Source of the DNA: Tubiluchus corallicola
Lineage: Eukaryota > Animalia > Priapulida
Direction: 5' to 3'
Assembly (NCBI GenBank): GCA_030141605.1
Contig: JAQGDQ010001521.1
Coordinates: 1-36,625, forward strand
Length of the DNA stretch: 36,625 bases
In this document: positions 13,201-28,200 of the stretch, piece by piece
Numbering within the stretch: position 1 is the first letter of the stretch
How the letters are laid out: every line of letters starts with the position of its first letter
Program-made: the position numbers and the translations under genes
The notes under the pieces: generated by a model
Seen by the model: only the letters and a program-made list of their open reading frames with translations
The model's database searches: none
Told to the model about the DNA's origin: nothing

Positions 13201-16200
13201 TTACTCCATTACAGAGTGAATGGTGTTGACTTATATACCTATCCACTTAGAGTGGAACAGCCAGAACTTTCAAACAGCTTAGCAATTTTGATTCATTCAC
13301 TTAGAAGCTGTAACAACCAGAGTACATACCTCCGAGAGCGTACAATATGTCTAACGAAGTAGCAAGATTCAACGTAGATGGTTTCTGAAAATAAATATAA
13401 AACTTTATTAGTTAACTGAAACACTTTAGTTCATCATCGTCTCTTTCCTTCAAGTCATTAACCACTAGTTTATTTGTTATGGAACTGTAAACCCAAAACG
13501 ATTTACTAATTTTGGCTTTCATCATCATCGTTAGCTGATCCAATATTAAAAGAAAAACATTTCAAATAAAAATGACCTTTATCATAAATCGTATATTTCT
13601 AATATTTTCCTTCTCCCAACCTGTTGCCAAACTTATACAACAAAAAAGACAAAGACAAAATTTATTTACCGTCGCTCATTTAACAGGCAACATTAGCACT
13701 AATAGCTATTTAGCGACTCACACTTATAAACAATACAGGTAAGGACGCAACACACAAATAACGAATGTAGGGTATACGTCCTGGCATTGGCAGCCATTAG
13801 TATTGATCTCAAAGCTGTGTGGTTGTAGTCCGAAATCTAAACTACACGGCCACCCAGTATTAAGCTAATGTTCATCTGAGGAATAACCAACAACTAAAAA
13901 CTCTGCAGTAAACATCTACAGCCTGAAACCTTACATCGTAAGGTAACATACATCTTACCTACATGTGCAACACACTCTGCTAAAAGGTAAAACTACTAAG
14001 ATATGCTACTATACTTACAGAAAGGAACGGAAAGCGCAGCAAGTCGGAAACCCCGAGAGCCATGAGACGAAGTAAAATTGTACCGAGATTCGAGCGCTGT
14101 AACTCCGGAGTGTTTGACTCGGCAAGCTTTTCGTATTCGTCTTCTGAACAAAAAAATGTTTATTTTTGCAGACAACTTAATTACTTGATTTACAGCTATA
14201 TTCATACTGATAATAGTTAGCAATTGATATCTTTAAAAATTAAGAAAAAGAAAACTGCATTGCGATCTTCCATAAATGTTAACACCAAAGAAAATTTCTC
14301 TAACAAAACCACATTTGTCTTTGTGAAATGATCCTCTCTCTATCAGGTAAACAGCCAGAATCAGAATAGAGCATGAAACCGTCTAGAGCAAGTATCGAAC
14401 TCAGGCAGACACACTCCATCATGACGATGTTTCTCAAGCATTCATCCACAACTCACAACCGTCTCAAAGACTTATATAATAATAAACAGATAATAAATAC
14501 AGTGAAAAGGTAATGACAAATATACGTAGAAAACAGAAACTGTTAGTCAAAAAATTGCCTCCGTTTGTCATTAGTTAATAAACGGTAGCAAAAGTGAACA
14601 AGGAGAATTTTAAAAAAGCTAATAACATCTCTGTACAGCAATTTATGTTTTCAATTATTTTGGTTAAGATTTTATCAACTTCTTCCAGCATAAAAAGTGA
14701 CAGTAAATACAATATGTTATCTGCTTTAAAACTATAAAACTAACATGAGCAGACACCTTATGGAAGTCGACACAAAGCAATAAACACAGATATTTCACCA
14801 GTGGCAGCTCATAGCTAAAATTAGTGGGAATGCTGCTTCAGAAATTTTTTAGCCATTGTTTTAATACTGTGTAAAACGAAACAATGTAATTTTAATGTTG
14901 TAATTGTGATTGTAATTGTAATTTTAAACAAACAAACTTGCGAAAGTTTATAGATAAACTTGACAAAATCCTAAACAAAAAATATTTTTGCTTATTAATA
15001 GCCTAAATTGACCCACTTTATGCTTGACCGCATGCGCACAACAGCCACACACCGCGTTGCTGGAGTGCACTGTACTGGACTGTGAAGCAAACAGTACTAC
15101 TGTCACATGGTCGGGTTCCATACAAGTATAAAGAAAGAACTAAAGCAAAAGGTGAAAATAGGGGGTGCAGCAGTTCCACAGTACCTATACACGAGCCGTC
15201 ATTGTTTTTCACACTTACGAACAAACATATGATGTAAAATCATCAACGTACTAAAATGCACTACAGTAAGACTAAAACTATCTCACCAGGATAAAGTCTG
15301 TATGCCTTGCCATCCCTCACTCTACCTGCACGACCAGCACGCTGCTTAGCCGAAGCTTGTGAGATTGGGACAGTTAAGAGGCGTTCTATGCCCGTGTATG
15401 GATTGAACTCCCGCTGTTTGACAAAGCCACTGTCAACAACTGAAAAACAAAAAGTAACAGAATTTGATATTTTGCTTATTTTAAACAAATTATTATCATT
15501 CAGGCAATTTATCTGTTCATAATCTTTCCATTTATTTCCTGTTTTACTGTCAAACTTCATTATATCGTCCCCGTTTTATAATGCCAACCTCGCTTAATGC
15601 CCAATTTTTTGGGGACAATAAGCTAAACAAAGTTTCTATATTTGCAAGGACAAGATGTATTAATGCACCTCATTATAATGCCAAACTCACTTAATATCAA
15701 CTTTTTCTGGAGTCACAAAGTGGGCAGTATAATGAGGTATGAGCATATTTGGTTCTATTGGTTACATCAGAAGAAAAATAGTTGATTATCTGAATGCTCC
15801 ATGAGAACTTAATTTGCTTGTAGCTCAGCAACTTTTGAAAAGCATCGTTGGCTGTGACTGAAATATCAATAAATATCGACATGTAGAAATCCAACTTAGT
15901 CCAATAATGCTCTTTGGATTCCAAAGAACACTAACAGCTAGCATATTGGCACATCTCAAAGCAGAATCAATCATTCAGGACCATACGACACATGGGCACA
16001 CAGGGCAGTTGCCTGAGGGTCCCCAAGAGCACAGGGGGACGTACTAATCCACCTATGTTGTGACGTGCTGCCAATAAATAATTGAAATCTGTACTTCCCA
16101 ATTTTGAGATTGTACTCAAGGTGTTTGTGTGCATGATGGTGGCATACTCTAGCTACGCAGAAGAACATTCATTCTCAAGACTGAAATTCATAAAGAATCA

Positions 16201-19200
16201 GCTTCTTAGCACAATCAGGCAGCAGCATTAGAAATAGCTTTCACTCTCGCATATGGAAAATGACACCCAGAAGACCACTAACTTCAAACGATTACAAAGC
16301 AATTTTCTGCAAAGAAATTTCCCGAATGTTTGCGTTGAACACTTGATAAATAATAAATAATTCATAGTAATTTCATACTGTGCTATTTCCGTCTGTACGA
16401 TTTACCAATTGGGTTTCATTTATATGTAGAAATTTTTGTGCTTTTCAAGACTCATGTTACATTGTTAAAACATTTGTATTGATTAATCTTTGTTGTACAG
16501 CATGTCTTTTATTGTTTAAACACTGATTTTGTCCAACTCAAATATGGCTCACCAAACATGTTGAATCGGTGTCTACTCAAGTTGGACGTTTGTGACGTAA
16601 CCTGAACTTGACTCATTTCCCAGGAGGATAACCCAGAAGTTGAGACATATACAGGGTGTATAAGATTATGGATATGTATAAAATAAATAAAATAGCTTAT
16701 TTTATGGATTTTTGAAATTTTATTTTATGGATATCAATAAAATAAGAAATAGACTATATCTGGAACGAGATGCCCAGGGGGAAATCAATTAAAAAGTAAA
16801 AACAGGAGTGCTTGAAACGTGTTTTTAAACACGCACGACTTAGTTTTAATTTTATTAACAAAAAGACAATGAGAAAGAACAATGTAAAATATCAAATCCG
16901 GAAATGTGCTTTTGCTGGTTTGTTTTCTTTCTCTTTCTTTCCTTCTAACGTTCGTTTTCAGTGTTGCCAATGCTTACAACTCGTTACTTTGTACAAAAAA
17001 TCACAAAAAAAAATTTGTGGGATGGATTTTTGGTCTTATTTTATGGATATCCATAATCTTATGCAGCCTGGACATATATAACTCCTCCCCCCACCCCCGA
17101 GTTGATGAATCAGTTTAAAAATGACGAATGAAACCACCCAGAGCGAGTATCAAACCAGTTCACCAATCCACTCATCTCTTACACAAGAAAAGAGATCACG
17201 GCAGAAAAGAAGTAAAATTTTCGAAACACATTTATGTGCACAAGTTACAGTGTACAGGGAAAAACACAAAAACACAATCTACAAAAAAAGCAGACTGACA
17301 CATGAAAAGCAACTGACAATGCTGTTGCCTCATAAGAAACAGCAAATGAATTGCAGTGTTGCTGCACCAAGAGAATTTCGCTTTTCGCAAATGGAACTAT
17401 AGAACACTGAACTCATGAAATATGAATATATGAATGCAGGAGAAGCAAAATTTGCACAGTAAAGCCAGACTTTCACTGTGTTCACTACTTCGTTTACTGG
17501 GATTGTCCAACAGTCGCCAAAAGTACGAGAAAAGTTAGCCAAACAGTCCCAAAACATTCACACGTGTTCACCATTATTGACAAAAGGTTGTCAGCTTCAG
17601 AAATTTTTTTAAAATGTTTAAACTTAGTTGCCGGAGTTGCAAAACTCACCACCTCACTAAAGTTTCACCAAGCTGTCTTAAAGTTGTCATAACATGCACC
17701 AAATGTTTGTAAATTTGTTGTCAAAATTCAGAATTAACAAAATCTTTCCGAACATTTTGCGATGCTTCTGAGAATGTCGCAACGACTTTGCAACTATTTT
17801 TTGACCATTTTCCGACATCTTGATGAAACTCGTTTGCCCTACACTTTTTTCAGTGAAAATTCCCTGAAATTATCGCAATATACTCATGTGAAAGTTATGC
17901 AACATTCTTGTTGTCGTATAAGTGTTGCTGAAATTGCCAAATGTGCACAAACATGTCATGCAAATTCCGTGCGAATTCTCTTGATTTTGGCTAGAGGAAA
18001 AGCCAGCAATTTGCAAAAATGCAAAAGTCATTTGCGACAAAACAAAGTCACTGGAAAGTCTGTTGGCCCAGTGAAACCATAGCTTAAGCGCAATAATAAA
18101 TCTGGGAACAGAGGCAATGACAATCTCACCTACCGTAACCTATTCCATTTATAGTAATTGAAGTTTCGGCTATGTTTGTGGCGATTATAGCTTTACGCGT
18201 TCCTTCAGGCGCCCTCTGAAAAGCCTTCATCTGCTCCTTCATAGTTAGACCAGCGTACATTGGGAGCACCAACAGCTTAAAACGGCCGCCAGAGGGGCGT
18301 TCATTCTCATTTTCTCTATAAATGGAGAAGTAATGAAAGAATGACAATTGCTTCACTGAGGAAATCAATTATTAACCATCCAGTTTGTTTAATTACTTGC
18401 TAATACTAGTATAAAATTGAATGTGTATATATTTTCTATAGCCTGACTGTTGTTGCTTTTCATGAATGTACTAAAATTACAAAATTAAAGTTAGGAATTG
18501 CAAAAATTATCAGAGCCCAGGATAATACCATTATTACTATTATTAGCAAGTCCTGGAATTCTACGTAATCTAAAGCAAAAACTAGGCTCACTTTTTTGTT
18601 TCCTTTACTGATTCTGTTGAAATACAAAAATGAAATGTTTGGACGCAAGCACACCCTTAATTGGTGAGAAATTGATGCTAAAGCAGTCACACATCCACTG
18701 ACCAATCGAACATAAAGCAAAACTGGACCCAAACTTAAACCATAGGTCACAACAATCTACTCTTTAAAATATTGAAAGGAAACATACTATTTTTCCAAAA
18801 ATGGAAAATGGCTTATGTGAAAAAATCATTACCACACAAGCATAATTTCACATTTCAGTCACTAGATGTTCGCTGTTACATGCACTTCGCCATTTGCTAG
18901 TTATGCGGGCACCTGCATTTCGGAAATGCAATGTACAAAAACAGTGCTGTATGTCTTGGTCCAGACGTGTTAGTTTGTGATGAACTACACACGTTCGATA
19001 AGTTCATGCGTGAGCACAGCAGGAAATTTGAATTTTTATGCTAAAACTTGCCTAGTGTTAGTACAACTGAATGAATAACTTAAATAGCGATGTAGTTCAA
19101 TTTTTACTTTCGCAACACACTCATGGAATATTTTTGCTGTTGCAAATAATGTTAGCTTACGACGTCATCAATAGTTGGGCTCACTCGCCATTAATTAAGT

Positions 19201-22200
19201 TTTTAATCTATTATATATCAGAAATGCTTTTGCAGTATTGATTATAATAAAATGTATACTTTTTGTAGGTCTTGAAATCGGATAGTACATGAAAAACCTT
19301 CCTGTCTTTAATACTACCACAGTGAAACAACTAATGCACTATGTACCTAATGAGCTTAACAGCTCGATCAACATCCTCCATGCCGGGTAAGAATGCCAGT
19401 ACATCACCTTGCATTTCATGCTTATGTAGCTTCAAAACTGTATCTACAACTCCTTGTATGTAATCAGGAATGGGACTGAAATAGTAAATATATAAACAAC
19501 ATTTAGATACTTCTGCTCTGCGGTACCAAGAGTTCATAAGCATTCTGCTTGAATGTAGCCAACAGGCGTCTCTTTCTCGTGCTAAAATGGGCATGTTGTT
19601 TCTTGTAATTATACCGATTACAGTATTAGTTAAAATCAACAGTTAAATTTAGAAGAAAGCTCTGAAAAATCGTTGGGTCAGCCAGGATTTGAACCGAGAG
19701 CCTTGCGGCATCAAGACACATACTCTAGTCATTTGAGCTATCAACCGACATGGCTAACACAGTGAGGGCGCATTTTCACTCTAATGCCAGCAAAGGGTTC
19801 ATATCAATTGTCTCTATTGTTTAATACATGAAAAATATGTTATTTTTTATTAGTAGTAGTATTCTTTATTGCCAAAAATGATACATTGGTAAAAGAAATT
19901 ACAAAATACAGAAAGAAAAATATACAATACATAGACACCAAGAAATGTATAAGTAAACACAATAAAAATACGTAGTGGCAGATATGCTTCTCGCTTCTCA
20001 AAGAACAAGCATGCTAAATAATGTTAAATATGCTTTTGATTATTAATTCAGATTTAGAATTTTACATTATGTATATAATTTACTATTTAATGATTAAATG
20101 TACGTATTGGATTTTTTTAAATGGTTATTTGAATAAACTAAAGCAGTGGCACTGGCATGACCTGAACACACAACTTTCTGATTGTGCAAATTCATTTCAA
20201 GTTCATTTGTCACAAGTGCACCACTACAGCTGCAAGGCATTTACTGCTGCAGAAACATTGCGTAAAATTGTTTTTTATATCGGAATTCTTTGCCCCTCCA
20301 ATTACACCTGATCAACTCGCTTGATAATTTTAAAAAAAGTATGAAAACTTATTATTTTAATGAAGCCTTCTGCGGTTGAGCTAAACTTGCATTCTTTACG
20401 ATTGTGTATGTTTTATGGCATTGCTTTTATTATTCTACTAAATTTTCCCTGTTTTTGTTATTTTTCCTTTTTTGTCATATTCAATGTACTTTTAATGTGC
20501 CATGGTCTTATATAACTTATGAATTAATTTTTTAGTAATTTTGACAATCTTTTATTTGAAACACGCATTTGATCATCATGTAAAATGCATTAAAAATATT
20601 CAATAAAAAAATTAAAATCAACCTTGAACTACTTCTGGAGATGGTATCGTTATTAAATCTAAAGTGTTCATATATATATATATATATGTTTCTAGAAATG
20701 AAGGTATTTGTAATTTCACGTTTTCTAAATAGTGTGAATTTACCCCTTAAAACGTAGAGTCGGTGGTAGGGCACAATTTACACTCCCTATAACACTAATT
20801 CACATATAACTATAACATAGGTGCAATAACTACCTACTTTATACAATTGAAGCTAAAATTCTAAATGGTCTAATAATAAGTTGGAGCTTCATTGACTGTT
20901 TGAAGCACTTAGTTATAAGTAAAAATATATGCACAGCTGCAATTAGGAGCCACGATTATTGTTTCAAGTCATTAACACTGGTTTTATTCACAGTTTATTA
21001 ACTATTTTCCTCATAATGCCTGTGGAACCATATCTAACAGATTTATTAGAATAGAATATTTAGGAACAGTTTGTACTAAGAAGTTTGTCAAGTTTAATCT
21101 GAAGCTGCATTGATGTAGTTAATGATGTCATTAGGGTGCTTTATTGTTTTTCAAAATGCTTAAAAACGTTTATTTTAAGAAATGAAATAGGTCGTGCATA
21201 AGACGTATGTGCCTGTCTATCCATAAAAACTGAAACTCTAACTTGTTTACCTAGTGCTCTTGTTGAACCAACGGGGTTCTTCATGTTATATTATCATACA
21301 ATTTCAGTTTATATTGCACAACTAAAGTACACGCAAACAAACTGTTGATAAGGTACCGTGTGCTCACAGTGTAAAAACAGTCTCCATGTTGTATATTAGA
21401 TACTACGATTAAAGCAGCTTGAAACAGTAATATTTGGTGATGTAGCTGGATACGAGTTTATTAAGTTAATTATTAAATCTCATGCACAATTGCCTTATCT
21501 TATTATAAACTATAATTCAGACTACAGCAAGATAAATATGAAAACCCACTTGTGATTATATTGACATGAGGATCACAGTCACTGTTTAGTCAAGTGCCAA
21601 GTGAAATACATCCTAATGCAAAAAGCTGGAAACGTTTTGTTGAGAAGGCAGGTAAGTTTAAGTGCAATATGTTTAAACTTAATAATACTAAAGCTCTTAA
21701 ACGTATTGGTATTTACTAGGGTTGAGGTGATACCCGTAAGTCACGATACGATACATATCATAATACTAACCTCATGATACGATACGTATTGCAATGTCAC
21801 CCGAGTTAACGTTTGCAGGTTTTATAAAAAATAGCTGAAGCCGTTGATAATAGGTGCTAAAATAACTCGAGAAACTGTGTGGTTTTTATTACTGTAAGCT
21901 ATTATTTACATTGTAAGCAGCTGGAAAAGCAAAACGTATCAATACTTTAGGTATAAAAGTTGCTTGTTTCTGGTTCTTGTTTGCCATATCATAAGATTAT
22001 ATGGACAATGTAATTAGCCTACTATAGATTAAACGCTGCCAGTGTTAAGTCAACTACTGTTCACTGCACAGATTGATAGGCATTTACAGTACACTCCACA
22101 ACTGCAGCTTGAATCACTTCACTTTGTCAGCAAACGGTTAAGCACCCGTTAATTTACTAAATATCATTGACTCAGATTATCACTATTTGAGTGCATTTTG

Positions 22201-25200
22201 GTGATATGCATATCTTAATAAAATACATCACGATGCATCGATATATTGACGTATCATTACAGGTCTAATATTTACCAATTCAACAAATTATTATTATAAA
22301 TGGCAGCACGACTTCAGTACTTTTTTCTTCGGGGATAATACATTTCAATATCTTTCCAGAAGCAACACGTCCTTAATATGTTGTAATATTTGTCTTCTGC
22401 TTTACAAATATTCCACTGTAACTTTATGCATATGAGGCGATTAGCCATTATAAGAGGCTAACACTCATTATATGGTCATATGCTTCTGGAGCTAAGTTTC
22501 CAAATTGTTTCCATAAGGTAAATAGTTAAAGTAGTTAATATTTTTCAATTTTTTAATTTGCAGATTACTGATAGCATGATTGAAAATATTGAAAACGAGG
22601 CAGTTGACTTTTTCAAGAAACCATTTGACATTTGGGCAACAGACGCGGTTGCCATTACAAAGCTGATGGGCAAGAAATCCCAAGCACCAAGTCACATCCG
22701 TATACATGTTGGCAAAACGGTTGAACAATTTACAAGGTTCTTGACTCAGCATCCAGAATGTTTTGTTGTAAAAGGTGATACTGTGCAATTAGTTTCTAAG
22801 GAAGGTCAAGAAAATGAAAAGACTGTTGATGATGATGAAAAAGAAGAAAACTTGCCTAAACCCAAATCGTGGAGCCTTCAACAGATGGAACGTAAAGCAG
22901 TTGAATATTTCAAAGAAGCATTTAAAAAATGGGGTCTTAGGGAAGTTACGGCACGCAGCTTGAAAAGCAGAGAATCTGATGCTCCTCCAGAGTTTCAGAT
23001 TATAACAGGAATGACGGATGAAGAGTTTGTCTTGTTTTTGAAACAGCATCCCGAAGAATTTACAGTGAATGGCACCATCGTCACACTTACCGAGAAAAAC
23101 CCTGTATCTGATAAACATTTCACAAATGAAAAAGATGTCTCTCAGATTGAGCAAGCTGCTGTAGAATATTTTCGACACAGTATGATAGCGAGAGGTGAGA
23201 CAAAGATGAAACTGGAGACGTTAGTAGACCGACTATCACTGGCACCCCTTTTTGTGAGTAAGCTAGTTGGCAATGATGCCTTTTCCTTTTTCTGCAAGCA
23301 CTCTGATGTATTTGTTTTGAAAAATGATGTGGTAGCTTTGAAATGTCAAGAGCCATTTCTAGAGGCATCTAATGCTCATGATGTTACAGTAATGGATACT
23401 GCCAAATTAGTTGCCATAGATTATGTCAAGGAGCTTCTGGGAAAACTGTGTGGAATCTGTAATGTCAGTAATTTATTGTTCAAGGTTATGAAAGCACCTG
23501 ATTCTGTTACTAAAGTTACAGGTTCTTGTAAGCCAACATTTTTGGAATTTATCCGAAATAATCCAAAAAACTTTATTTTATATCATGGTGATGAAATTTG
23601 CCTAACCGATGTACCTTATTCTTTTGGTGTTGTATTGAAATGCCAGCTGGGTATAGTTAGTAACATCATTCAGAATGGAGGTTTTCTGCTGTATAAGCGA
23701 AGATCTTGTGTGTATTTTCCAAGGGCAGCCCTTGTAGAGCTTAATGATAATAGTGACCACTTGAATGGCTATCCAGTGGTTGGACAAAAGATGTATTTTG
23801 ATGCTGTTCCTGATCCATTCACTAATGCTAATTACAAAGCAACGAGAGTTTGGAATGCTGAGCAAGATGCTGAGATACCAGTACCTGTATTAGATTTAGA
23901 TGAGGAAGCTCAATTTATTCATAAGACAGTGAAGTCACTAGTAAGAAGACAAATTCAGACATTTGGGCCACAGCCAATAAAAAAACTCTGCACTATATTT
24001 AATGCGGAAAACATACAGGCGAAAATTGGCAACAGGCCTCATGATGTCATTAATTTTGTCACCAGTTATCCGCAGGTGTTTTGCTTAAGTCGAGGCTTAG
24101 TTACGTTAGCTGGTGTAAATACTAAAGCATTCATTACTTCTAGACCTGCACAAGTGGCTCAGCCCTGCAAACCAGTTATCGAAAACAAAGCTGGGGAGGT
24201 AACGCAGGTTTTTCCCTCCTGCGGATTCCTTCACTTTAAGAGTTGCGGTAAATTGAGCAATGCGTTTTTTCATATTAGCAATGTAATTGACAACAAGAGA
24301 CATCACACTACTTTGTTTGACATTTTGAAGACTGGAGACAAAGTCAGATTTGATGCCATTCTAGGAAAACCTGGTGGAAGTGCAGAATGGGCTGCCACTC
24401 GAGTGTGGCATGAAGGCTTTGTACCACTGAAACAGCAACTGTCGGTACTTGATGAAAGTGCCGACGATTTGTTAAACTTGGATGAACTGGAGAAAGAATT
24501 GGAATCAGGGTCAGATAATGAAGAGAGCATTCCTGAGTGTTTACAAAATCTTAGCCATGTCCAAACTTTAGATTTTCCTAGCGTAAATTTGGAAAAAGAG
24601 CCAAAAGGTGAAAGGTGCTCTGCTGATATTTCAGAAAATTCCTACCAGGTCGAAACTTTCGATTTTCCCAGGGGAACTTTGGAAAAAAAGCTAGCCAGAC
24701 AGAGCATCTCTGAATGTTTAGAAAGTGCTAACCATGACCAAATTTTATATCATTCTAAAGGGAATTCGAATAAAGCTATTGAGGATCGACCTGCTTGCTT
24801 TCGTTGTGATTTACCTGCTTGCTTTCGTTGTGATTTACAACAACCTCGATATTTCAGGGAGGTAAATGTTGTAGCTATACCTGCAACTGTAACGGAACCG
24901 GTCAAACTGCTTGCTGATGTTGCATGTCAAACTGAAGCTACGGGTGAAATTATATACACGAAAACGTATGATGATGAAACAGATCAAGTAACTAACAGTA
25001 GTTTAAAGCTAGTACGCAATTACTGAAGTTCTTTCTATAGCTTTTTTCACTAACTATTCTGTGATAAACTAAAGCACCATCACTCATCTAACCATTGCCG
25101 CTGTCAAACTGTGGCATCTTGTTTTGCCATATGTTCTGATTAGCTTGTAATACAATAACAACAATTGAACATGAATAAAACAGTACTTTGAGGCTTTTGC

Positions 25201-28200
25201 TGCCTCGTGGATGTTTTGACACATATTTGGTTTTTGGTAATGAGCTATTCTAGTTTAACTAGTAACATTGTAGGCTGAATGATATTCTTCTCTAAACACG
25301 AAACAAGGTGTGGTGGCTCATAGTGTTTATCGTGGTGTGCTCATCTGTCTAGCTATGTACAAGAATCTGGGATTTTACCAACGCTATTAGATTTTGCACT
25401 ATGACTTCTCCTCTTCAGTAGCCCAAACCTTGAGATGACCTTACAAGACCCACTCCTTTACAAAAAACTAATGGCTTAAATGGATGTTTTATTGCTGTAA
25501 GTCTGTGCTGACATATTTTTGGACCTCATTGAATAGTCGTTATGACCTTAACATACAAGTGCTTCTGTAAACAGCTGCTGCATTGCTGGTACCAGAAGGT
25601 GTGACTTTTAAGATGAAAATGATATTGCGTTGACAATTACAGGTTTAAGTGCACTTTGATCTTGGAATATAGTTTGCCAAATCACGAAATCTGACCTCTA
25701 CGATTCATTGAAAAATAGATGCAAAAATACATTAATGCTGCATTGTTATATAAAGCATTAAAATTCAAATTAACAGTGACTTCTTTGAGATGTAAACTGA
25801 TGTAACATGGAAAAAAATTTCATCAAAGTATTAATATAGATTATTTTATATTATATTATATATATATATATATAGATTATTATATAAATAAGGTAATGAT
25901 CATAATACTTATAATTTTCATAAATTGAACAAGTTATAAAGTGATTGACTTAAAAATTCCTTAATATGTACCCTACAGGTTCGGTTATTCATATTATAAG
26001 CACATTTAACAAGATTTATTATTATAAGAGTTGTAGATTGATACATGAGTAAAGTGTAGTGATGGTTTATGTTGTTGCACACTGTAATGATAATAGATAG
26101 CGAATGTAAAGAATTTTATTTTGTTTATAACATATGTTTACTGAAACATGCAAGACAACAGTTAGTCAAACTTGCCTTGTGGACTTATGTGATATTTGTT
26201 TGATTTTTTTTTCAAACTTCAAGAAAAAGTATTCTGGCAACATGGGTGACGATGATATTGCAATAATGATAAACTAGTAAAGTTTGAATCGAAAAAACAC
26301 ATATTTAAATATTGATGTAAATCTTGACGTAATTTGCCCATTTAGAAACTGACTTGATAAGACTGATTGTATATGCAAAGGTTATGGATAATATATGATT
26401 TTATAAATGCATAGAATTTATGGAAGTGTATGTGAATATTGTATAAGTGAATATTTAATTCAGTTCAATTCAATTCAATTTATTCGTCTCTTACACAATA
26501 TACAATATTTATATGAGAATATTACTATGATAATTGAGACAGGGTGGCGAAAGACCAAGAAGTCACCTAGCAGCCACCCCTATTTATGCAACATTAATTA
26601 GTATGGCTAATTAGGTGACACTAGTTGCAGCTTTGTGCGAGACTTATTTAATATATAAATATAAAAATATTTATGGTAAAGTACCAAAGTATAAAAATAC
26701 TATCATAAAATCAAAGTACATGCTAACTAGCTATATAAATAAACGCACGCAGAAAAGTTAATAAGGTTTGATTAGCTGGTTGAGTTGAAAATTAATGACA
26801 TGTGAACATTTTGTACGAAATTGTATATCGGTGGCTCACTGAGGTTGGTAACTGAAAATGTGTCACCCTCCTCCACACACATCTTCCTGTTTAAGATCAT
26901 GAGAATTATAAATACCTACATTTCTAGAAACATGTCCATCCATCCAATGTACAAAAAGTAAAAAAAAACAGAAGAACACCAGGCCGGCCTTTTGAAAAAA
27001 TTTTACCATCGGATTGTTTCGAAAAACATTGTCGAGTTGCCTCCAATTGCTCCAATCACAAATAATTATGAATTAACAAGAACAACACACTAACTGGCGA
27101 TGCAGCACAACTAGGATGGTGATGTGGATGGTGACGTGTAGTTCGGCAAAAATAAAACAATTTCTAATGCTTGTTTTACTTGAAGTGAATAGAATGTGGA
27201 TACAGCTACAAGTTACGATATTCTATAATATTTTCTTTGTACACACAGTACCAAAAGTAAACGTTTGTGTGTCCCACAGGACTTAGTGAAACTGTTTCAA
27301 GATATCTACTTTGGGCACTAATAGCTGTAAAAGTTAATTGATAGTACCATTGAATATAAATTTTCAAATCCTGTGGTAGCCGCCATTCACCCGAAAATTA
27401 TGATGTAATTGGTGGACTTTAAGTGAAGACTTTTCATAAGAACACTCTGGCTTCCTGTAAGCGACCATTACTTAAACTAATTCAAACTTCAGCAGTTTAC
27501 CTAATGTTCATGCAAAAATATCACAAAATTAGCTGCCTAAGCTTTTGCAAAAAGTTATTACACTTTTGACTGAAACTGACAGTGTGCTGTTTTTTTTTCA
27601 ATTAGCAAACAACTTTACTGGTGGGGGGGGGGGGAGGCTGTTCAAAATTGGAGCACCCAAGGGCAAAACGAACATGACTTTACATTGATTTTTATATTAC
27701 TTACAAAAGGCGCTTATGACACTTTTGTAGCTAAATCCTTCCAACATTTTTTGCGAACATTGAAACAACTTCCTAGAAGGCTTTGACTGTCATTAATGAA
27801 AATACTGGTTTATTGAATTTAAATGTTTTTATCATACATTACGGTGCACACAGGGACTTCAAACAATCACCTCTGATTATTTTAGTCTACTATTATAATG
27901 CGTATAATAAACTGCTAATAATATATAAATATATACAAATATATATATATATATATAAATATAATATATTATAATATATAAATTCTTGCATACAATAAGG
28001 AGAAAACAAAATATGAGATAAAGAATTCTAGCTAATATTAATTAGCTTATGTAATATGTAATCCTGCTTACATGGCTATTTTTAATTCAAATTGGGCATA
28101 ATAATCTGCATTTTTAGCTAACTTTGGCTTAAATAAACTAAAATATTTTAAATGAGTGAAAACTGCACCCTGTTGTAGTGTGCCCACTGGGTGGTTTGAT

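Noticed and set aside
870-19760. Functional tRNA genes at about 870-945, 4460-4530, 9700-9775 and 19680-19760
   Set aside because: A/B boxes are present, but I could not fold intact cloverleaves and they run into non-tRNA tails; SINEs explain them better.
22492-24530. Minus-strand ORFs overlapping the nested gene
   Set aside because: They are antisense shadows of the long plus-strand CDS, have no recognisable motifs and are not needed for the DHX35 reading frame.
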